Source of the DNA: a virus
Taxonomy: Duplodnaviria > Caudoviricetes
Direction: 5' to 3' (one strand)
Virus record (IMG/VR): IMGVR_UViG_3300037400_001273
Location: 12,034-76,033 of that record
DNA: 64,000 nucleotides
Position numbers and translations under genes: made by a program. Position 1 is the stretch's first letter; each line of letters begins with the position of its first letter. The notes beneath the pieces were generated by a model. That model saw only the letters and a program-made list of their open reading frames with translations, was not told where the DNA came from and searched no databases. This document shows, one piece after another, positions 57,531-64,000 of the stretch.

Positions 57531-60500
57531 CAAAATCAAGATTTACTTTTAAGAAAAATCCAAATGATAATTTTGGTTATTGGTTAGATACATCCAATAA
57601 CAAAGTTATTAAAAATGCTATTCTTAAAAATTCTGATGGAACTTACACTCATTTAAAAGACAACGGAACTGCAACAAGATATAATCCTAATAATTTAAAT
57701 TATTCTGATGTAGTTCAACAAACAGGAAGTTCTAAATCTTATTACGCAATGAAACATGGTATGCTTTATGATCCAGCTTCTAAAGAATGGGTTAAGGATA
57801 CTAATCAAACTGCTGAACAAAGAAAGAAACAAGGATAGCAACAAAAACAAAAATTTAATGCTTTTATTAATAAAGACGATAAAGCAAGACAAGAAAGATT
57901 AAAAAAGAATTTTACAGCTAAACGTTTTTAGACTGAAGAACAAAAACAAAAAGCAACTCAAAAAGCAAATACTCTTATAAAGACTGCAGATTGGATTACT
58001 GATAAAGGTGTAAAAACAATGGCTACTGTTGCTACAGCTCCAACATTATTAGGATCTGGTTTAGTAAAAGCTGCTGCTCAACTTGCTGCACCAATAGCAA
58101 CTGAATATGGAGCAGATAAACTTGCTGGAAATCATACAGAAAATATTCAAGTATTAGGAAATGATAATCAACTTTATAATATAGAAGGAACTCTTGATAA
58201 AAATGGAAATTATATAGGAGATTATATAGGATAGAATTTAACTAATGATAAAGGAGAAAAAGTTACTATCCAATCTGTATTACAAAATGGTAGAGAATTA
58301 AATAAATCTGAAAGTATATTTAATAATAAATATGCAAGAATGGCAGCAGATGCTTTAGCAGTTACTGCTGCACATGGACTTACAAATCCTGGAACTTATA
58401 AAACATTCTTTACTAATTCTAAGAATAGTATTTTATCAAATCCTACATCAGCTCCATTAAGTTCATCTACATTACTTTCACTTGGAGCTAAAGCTAATCT
58501 TGGAGCTTTAGGACAAACTTCTAAAGAATTAGGAAAAAATTATCTTGGAAATCTTGCAGTATTTGGAGGATTTCATGCTGGAGAAAAAATTGCTCCAGAT
58601 AATGCTTTTGTACAAGGTGCATTAGGTACAGCAGCTGGATTATTAACAAGACGAATTGTTAATAAAACTCCTTTAACAATATTAGGAAGTACTGGACAAA
58701 TGGTAGGAAGTGGTGCTACATATGCTGGATTAAATTTAGCAAATGAAGAAGTTTCTAAAGTAGATCCAGAAGCAGCACAATATATTACTCCTGCTTTACA
58801 ATTAGCATCTATGAAATATCCTTATTTTGGAGTTAATAAACTTGGACAAATTGAATTTGTTAAAGAAAATGTTACACCTAAAGTTAAACCTATTTGGGAT
58901 AGAGGTAGATATATTGCTTTAAGTCAAACAGGTGGTAACCCAAATGCTATAGGATTTAAAAATGCTTTTCAATTCTTTACTAAAGGAATTGATCAAGCTA
59001 ATACTCCTTATAGTAGAAAAAATAATCCACATAAATTTTCAAGAAAAAATGCTGCTAAATATATTTGGACAGGTGATGATAAATATATAAATGGATTAAC
59101 TGGATATTTTGGTTATTCTGATTCACCTTATGCTTTCCAACATAAATATAATGCAGGAGAAATAACTCCATTAGGATTAACATTAAGTATTAATAAATTA
59201 CCACAAGCTAATTCAAATGGATATTATGATAAACCTATAAAAGTATTAGGAGGATATGCAATTGGAGATAAACGTATATTTAGTTCAATGGATCCTTCAT
59301 TTACTGAATATGCTAACACAAGATGGAAAGATTCACAAGTTCCTGTAATTGTAAATAATGAAGCTACAGCTAATAAGACTATTGATTTATTAAAAACAGG
59401 TAGACACGTTAATACTTTTGGAGATCCTCAAAAGAAATTAGCTGCTGAAAATAGAAATCAAATGAAAGTACAATTAGATGATGTTTATAGACAGCAATTA
59501 CAAGAAGGACTTGATTACTTAAATACTTTACCTGAAGCTTCAACTCCACAAGGAAGAAGAATTAGAAATGAAGAAATTAAAAGGATAAATAGACAATTAA
59601 ATGAAAATGTTATGTTTATCGAACCTCGTACTTATAATACAGGTGGTATTCAACAACATATCATTGAAAGAAATGGTAAATATTATACTGTGGATTGGGA
59701 TAACTTTAAACACGCTCCTGATGAATTAAATAATAAATATGATATTTTTAAAGGTCCAAAATCTATTTTATCTTCTATCGGTAAGCAATTAAAATTTGAA
59801 TTTACTGCTCCATTATTAAAAGAGGAAACATCTGCAATTGTATTAGGTGGAAATAGAAAAACAGATTTGTTTGATTATATGAAAGCTAATGGTCAAGAAA
59901 GATTAGGAGCAGATGCTGAACCAATTAAACAACAAGTTTTAAATGATCCACGTGTTTGGGGACAAAGTAAAGAAATTTCAGAACCTCAAATAGAAAAATA
60001 TATTCTTAAAAAGACAGGATTAGGTGAAAAGAAAAATGGACATTGGTAGATAAAAGGAGAATACGAATTTAAACATCCAAAGAAAGTAAATCCTATTAAG
60101 GCATTTATTTATAAAAAACTTGGAAAAGAACTTCCTAAACAAAAGAGTGAATATGAATTAAATAAAAAGAAAGTAAATAATTTAAAAAATCAAATTTTAA
60201 CATTAAAAGAAAATTCATCTATTAATTTAAAAGAATTAGATTTAGCTAAAAGATACCAACAATATTTATTAACAGGTTCTACTTCTCATTTAGGAACAGA
60301 TACTCCAGAAGCTGGTAAATTAGCTTACGATAATATGTTAGCTAATCACCCTAATGCTTTACATTCTAATCGTGCATCTTTCTCTAAGTTTGCATTAAAT
60401 AATTTAACTATTAATAAGAACTATACCCTAGAAGATGTTGAAAAAGTATCTAACATTATTTTTGGTAATGCTAAAACTTTAAACCCGTTATCTGAAACAT

Positions 60501-60934
60501 CTAAAAATGAATGGAATAATCTTGTTAAATCTATAAGAAGTGGTAAGACTTCAAATAATCCTTTATTAAAAAATATTAAAGGACAATTAAAAGAGAATTA
60601 TCCATAGTTCTTAGAAGAATTAAAATTTACTATTGAAAATTCTCCAGAAATAAAACGTATAGAAGAATCTAAATATATAAGAACTAAACGTGCAATTTAT
60701 GGACAAGAAGGAAAGATAAAAGAATTATTTAATGGTAAATCAGATTTAAAGAAAACATTTAGAAAAGTAGATATAGATGCTTTAAAAAGAAGAACTAAGT
60801 TTAAACCTTTATCTAAAGAACTTTGGGCAAAGTTATCTGATCGTGCTAAAAAGCAATTAGAAACAGGAGGAGTTAAACATTTACAAAAAGGTGGAGAACT
60901 TACTCAATTCTTACAAGAAGAAAATTTACTATAA
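57527..60934 (+). CDS. Large cargo-like hypothetical protein, 1135 aa with 5 TAG=Gln
   Basis: Track ORFs 57527..57838, 58019..58234, 58340..60049 and 60335..60607 are one frame, read open to TAA 60934. Gly/Ala hydrophobic helices; C-terminal KHLQKGG. Confidence 0.8.
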
Positions 60935-60940
60935 CAAAAT

Positions 60941-60975
60941 AAGGCGACCTCGTTTCACAACGAAGCCGCCTTTTT
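60941..60975. terminator. Bidirectional terminator between convergent units
   Basis: Minus strand 14-bp stem AAGGCGGCTTCGTT-GTGA-AACGAGGTCGCCTT (GNRA loop) then ATTTT. The plus strand has TTTTT after the stem. Confidence 0.8.
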
Positions 60976-61009
60976 AAGTTTGAAAGTTTTTAATATCAAA
61001 AAGTCATTG

Positions 61010-61081
61010 TACCCCCACTACGATTCGAACGCAGACTAAAAGGGTTAGAGCCTTCTGTGCTAACCATTACACAACGGGGGA
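61010..61081 (-). tRNA. Suppressor tRNA, anticodon CTA (reads TAG; Gln inferred)
   Basis: Cloverleaf: TCCCCCG acceptor / TGGGGGT; D arm GTGT-AATGGTT-AGCAC; anticodon arm GAAGG-CT CTA AC-CCTTT (CTA at 61046-61048); T arm CTGCG-TTCGAAT-CGTAG; A73. Confidence 0.92.
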
Positions 61082-61102
61082 ATATAAGGAGTCATTGACT
61101 CC

Positions 61103-61351
61103 TTAATTTATTAAAGGGGTTTGTCTTAATCCTCCCCAATATTCTAATCTTTGTAATGCGTCACCATTACTTTTTGGGACGAGAGTAGTATCAGTATTAA
61201 TAACTTCTATACCACTTAATTTATTTAATTCATCTTCAAAGTCTATAAACCATTGTGTATTAGTTAAACCGTTTTCTAAAGCGAGACGTTTAACTTCTTT
61301 TATGTCACTCAGCAGACTCTGAATTTTCTTCTGGAGTCTATCTCTAATCAT
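61103..61351 (-). CDS. Hypothetical protein (82 aa) upstream of the suppressor tRNA
   Basis: Intact ORF; its TAA lies in a hairpin preceding the tRNA. Confidence 0.6.
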   Translation of the reverse strand: MIRDRLQKKIQSLLSDIKEVKRLALENGLTNTQWFIDFEDELNKLSGIEVINTDTTLVPKSNGDALQRLEYWGGLRQTPLIN

Positions 61352-61724
61352 AAAAATACTTATCGTTTAAATAGTTAATTCTTGCTCTTGCAGCAGATAA
61401 TACACATTCTGTTAATGCACTTTTTGCATTTTTAAGAATTGTATATTCATCTTTTGTAAGTTTATCTTTTTCTAATAACTTATTAAATAAAGCATAATTA
61501 TATTTCTTAGTAAAAAGATACATTGTATCTTCATAGATTTCTGGATCTATTGAATCAATATAATCATCCAGCTCTTTTTTAAGTTTATTTGCATCTATTA
61601 ATTCTTCTTCCTTAACTTCTTCCAATTTTACATTGTAAAGTTTTCCATTAATTCTCACTGCACTTGGTGTAGCTTCGAATAAGTTTTTCAAAAATTCTTC
61701 AAAATCAATCATAATCATTATCAT
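61305..61724 (-). CDS. Hypothetical protein; ends at TAG 61344 (standard code) or TGA 61305 (recoded)
   Basis: Track ORF 61344..61724 stops at TAG; read-through adds QRQTPEENSESAE. Confidence 0.6.
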
Positions 61725-61737
61725 TTTAAATTATGTT

Positions 61738-61768
61738 CAAATATATAACTTAAAGTGGGACTTTCAAA
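61738..61768 (-). promoter_or_regulatory. Bacteroidota-type promoter of the suppressor-tRNA unit
   Basis: Minus strand TTTG 61765-61768, 19 nt, TATATTTG 61738-61745. Confidence 0.7.
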
Positions 61769-61784
61769 TTTTTATTTATTAAAT

Positions 61785-61815
61785 TTTGTTAATTCATTTA
61801 TAAAGTGTAATATTG
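61785..61815 (+). promoter_or_regulatory. Near-consensus Bacteroidota-type promoter (+)
   Basis: TTTG 61785-61788, 19 nt, TAATATTG 61808-61815 (one mismatch). Confidence 0.5.
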
Positions 61816-61823
61816 AAGTATAT

Positions 61824-62003
61824 ATGAAATACTGTGAAATTGAAAAGTTAATTAAAACCGGAAAGACAGGTTTATTACCAAATTATGTTGGTTATTTTAA
61901 ATGGGACTATGCTACTTAGAGTGTATACTTCCAGAATGGTAATTATATTAAATATGATTTAGATAATGAAAAGAAAAGAGATGATTGGTATTATATAATT
62001 TGA
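61824..62003 (+). CDS. Small hypothetical protein, 59 aa (one TAG=Gln)
   Basis: MKYCEIEKLIKTGKTGLLPNYVGYFKWDYAT(TAG)SVYFQNG...DDWYYII. Not in the track. Confidence 0.65.
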
Positions 62004-62010
62004 AATAATT

Positions 62011-62232
62011 ATGAAATTAGCTCCAAGAAGTAATCTACAAAATAAGAAACCGCGCTGTCATTATAATAGACGTGGTAAAACTAAGATGAGTTTTGAAACT
62101 AAAGAAGATGCGTTTAAATATATTAAGAAAATGAATTTAAAAGATTACATAGTTTATCTATGTAAAGTGTGTAACAAATATCATATATCTCATAAAAGAA
62201 ATGAATTGGTTTAGAGAAATGTTAAGTGCTGA
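62011..62232 (+). CDS. Small basic Zn-finger protein
   Basis: KTKMSFET..A...YLCKVCNKYHI. Ends at TAG 62214 or, recoded, at TGA 62232. Confidence 0.65.
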
Positions 62233-62437
62233 AAATGGATAGTTCAGCAGTAAACGAGCTTGTGGAGTTTTAGGATTCCTTGTATGTATAGGAATTTTAA
62301 TTTATTGTACTATTAAAATAATTCAAGCTCCAGAAATGGTAGATATATTTTTAATTACTTGTTGTGGCTTGTTAGGTGTTGATAGTGTAACAAGTATTTG
62401 GAAAGGAAAGAAGAACGATGAATAGATTGATTAGTAA
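62201..62437 (+). CDS. Small two-TM membrane protein (holin-like), 78 aa (3 TAG=Gln)
   Basis: MNWFREMLSAENG(TAG)FSSKRACGVLGFLVCIGILIYCT...LITCCGLLGVDSV. Not in the track. Confidence 0.7.
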
Positions 62438-64000
62438 ATATTAGAACGGAAATAAATTTCCTAAAATAAAACTTGATTAGAATTTTATAAATTAGAAATT
62501 AGGTTACGGAAATACTTCCACTCTTGGAACTGCTTAGTAGAAAGCATAGTAGAATTAGGCAGCGTAGTAGGCTCAAGCAAATACTGATGCTAAAAATTAT
62601 TTAGCAGCTTTAAAGAAAGGAGAACGTTGGGCAGTAACTAAAAATTTATAGAATCGTGGTTAGATAACTTAGATTAATTAGAAAGTAAATGGTCATATTC
62701 CAACTTAGGAAGAAATAAATCAAGAGAATCAACTTAGACAAAATCCTATAAAAGGTGCTGGTTTAAGATGGAGTGAATCTTGGGAAAATAATACTAATCC
62801 TGTAAAAGCAATTCTTAAATCTGGAGTATTATATGCTAATCCATATACAGGTGCTTTAAATGCTGGATATAATTTAGCTAATCCAGAAACAGGTGTAAGT
62901 GCTACATATAATGCATTTAAAAATGGAGATTATTTACAAGGTGCAGTTAATGGAGCATTTAATTTAGTAGATATGGGAATGATAGGTAATGGAGTTTCTA
63001 AAGGTTTACAAAGAGCAACTCTTCGTAATATGGAATCTTCAAGATAGTATTCACAAACTCCTTTAAAATATTCTTATTCAGAAGAAATTAGATCTAATGA
63101 ATTTCCTTAGTATAAGAATATGTCAGTTAAAGATATAGAAGATGGACGTCCTTTATTATTTAATGAACCATATAAACTTTCTGAGGCTTTAGAAAATTTA
63201 CCTAAACGATATTTTGCTGAACGACATAATGCTAATGGAGTAGAAAAAGTTGTGCTTCCAGAAATTGCTAAAGGTACTTCAAGATACTTAGGTTTAAGAA
63301 GAATGTATGATAAAGCAGTAGCTGCTGGATTGAAAGATCCAGAAATACAAGGTATTATAAATGATCAGAATGCTCCAAGTTATTCTGGAGTTTTATTAGG
63401 ATAGGTTGATTTAGGAAAGATGAATAATCCTATTACTAAATTGATATATAAACAAATAAGTGATTTTAATTTAAATTATCCAGAAACTCCTATTGAAACA
63501 GGTATCGTTAAAGATGAATTTGAATAGGCTGTAAATAAAGCTAAAAATCCTTGGTTATATTATTCTGATGAAGTAACAGGAACAGCTGGATATTATAATC
63601 CTAGAAGTGATGCTAATTTTATAAACCTAAGAAATAATAAGCCAGAAGAGATAATGAGTACTGGTGTTCATGAAGGTATATCACATACTACAGATGAGGC
63701 TATGCCTTTCTTTGTTAGAGAGAAATATAATGATTTATTAAAGTCAATAAATATTAATTCATTTAAACATTCAGCTTCTAAAAATTGGTAGGAACTTAGA
63801 GCAACTTTAAATGAAATGAAATATCGGTTATCTCCAAAAGGAGATTATAATGAACTAAAAGAAAAACTTTCTAGAATGTCTGCTGAAGAATTTACTGATC
63901 TTTTAGGAAGTATAAATGATTATGGAAAAGATTATGTTAGAGGAATAATTACTTCTGATATTATCCCTGGGCAAAGACCACCTGTTAGTAGATTTAAAAA
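62418..64000 (+). CDS. Cargo-like protein with zincin-type HExxxH motif, 5' part (20 TAG=Gln; runs off window)
   Basis: ATG 62418 (MNRLISKYQNG) is open to 64000 with no TAA/TGA and includes track ORF 63120..63404. VHEGISHTTD at 63666-63695 and a downstream ELRA. Confidence 0.8.

Noticed and set aside
2225-57892. Short antisense or alternate-frame ORFs in the track (e.g. 2322..2510, 5217..5399, 15189..15377, 22137..22370, 25878..26174, 37120..37506, 52914..53108, 57695..57892)
   Set aside because: They lie wholly inside longer genes with recognisable products, have no motifs and look like shadow ORFs.
61010-61081. Pyrrolysine system
   Set aside because: The tRNA has canonical D-loop GG, TTC and a 5-bp anticodon stem, unlike tRNA-Pyl. 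No pyl genes are in view and internal paralogue alignment points to Gln.
1-64000. Many fragmented ORFs as pseudogenes or sequencing errors
   Set aside because: Every break is a TAG in the same frame, never TAA/TGA or a frameshift, and a CTA-anticodon tRNA is present.

Overview
Late/structural module of a crAss-like phage (Crassvirales, Bacteroidota host inferred from TTTG-N19-TAnnTTTG promoters and SD-less A-rich leaders). The window uses an alternative code in which TAG is read as Gln. About 75 in-frame TAGs (hand count) split genes in the supplied ORF track, and reading them through gives contiguous, tightly abutting genes ending in TAA/TGA. A suppressor tRNA with anticodon CTA is encoded at 61010..61081 (-). 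Minus-strand content from right to left: PD-(D/E)XK nuclease, GroES-like protein, putative TerS, TerL (one group I intron with LAGLIDADG), portal, tail fibre/spike genes (one with a compositionally foreign SGNH module), a TAG-free accessory cassette (glycosyltransferase, PLC-like), holin, M15 endolysin, scaffold, major capsid protein (two group I introns carrying LAGLIDADG and GIY-YIG endonucleases), ring/IHF-like proteins, muzzle-type tail proteins and large cargo-like proteins. Plus-strand content: tail lysozyme, a 1135-aa protein, small ORFs and a zincin-motif gene whose first 97 codons hold 15 TAGs. Most intriguing signals: a shared K-[FYL]-[QK]-x-G-G motif at the ends and domain borders of about 8 non-structural-looking proteins, TAG clustering at gene 5' ends, and the TAG-saturated leader near the suppressor tRNA. 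All coordinates and counts were derived by hand; product names come from motif recognition and gene order, not database searches.
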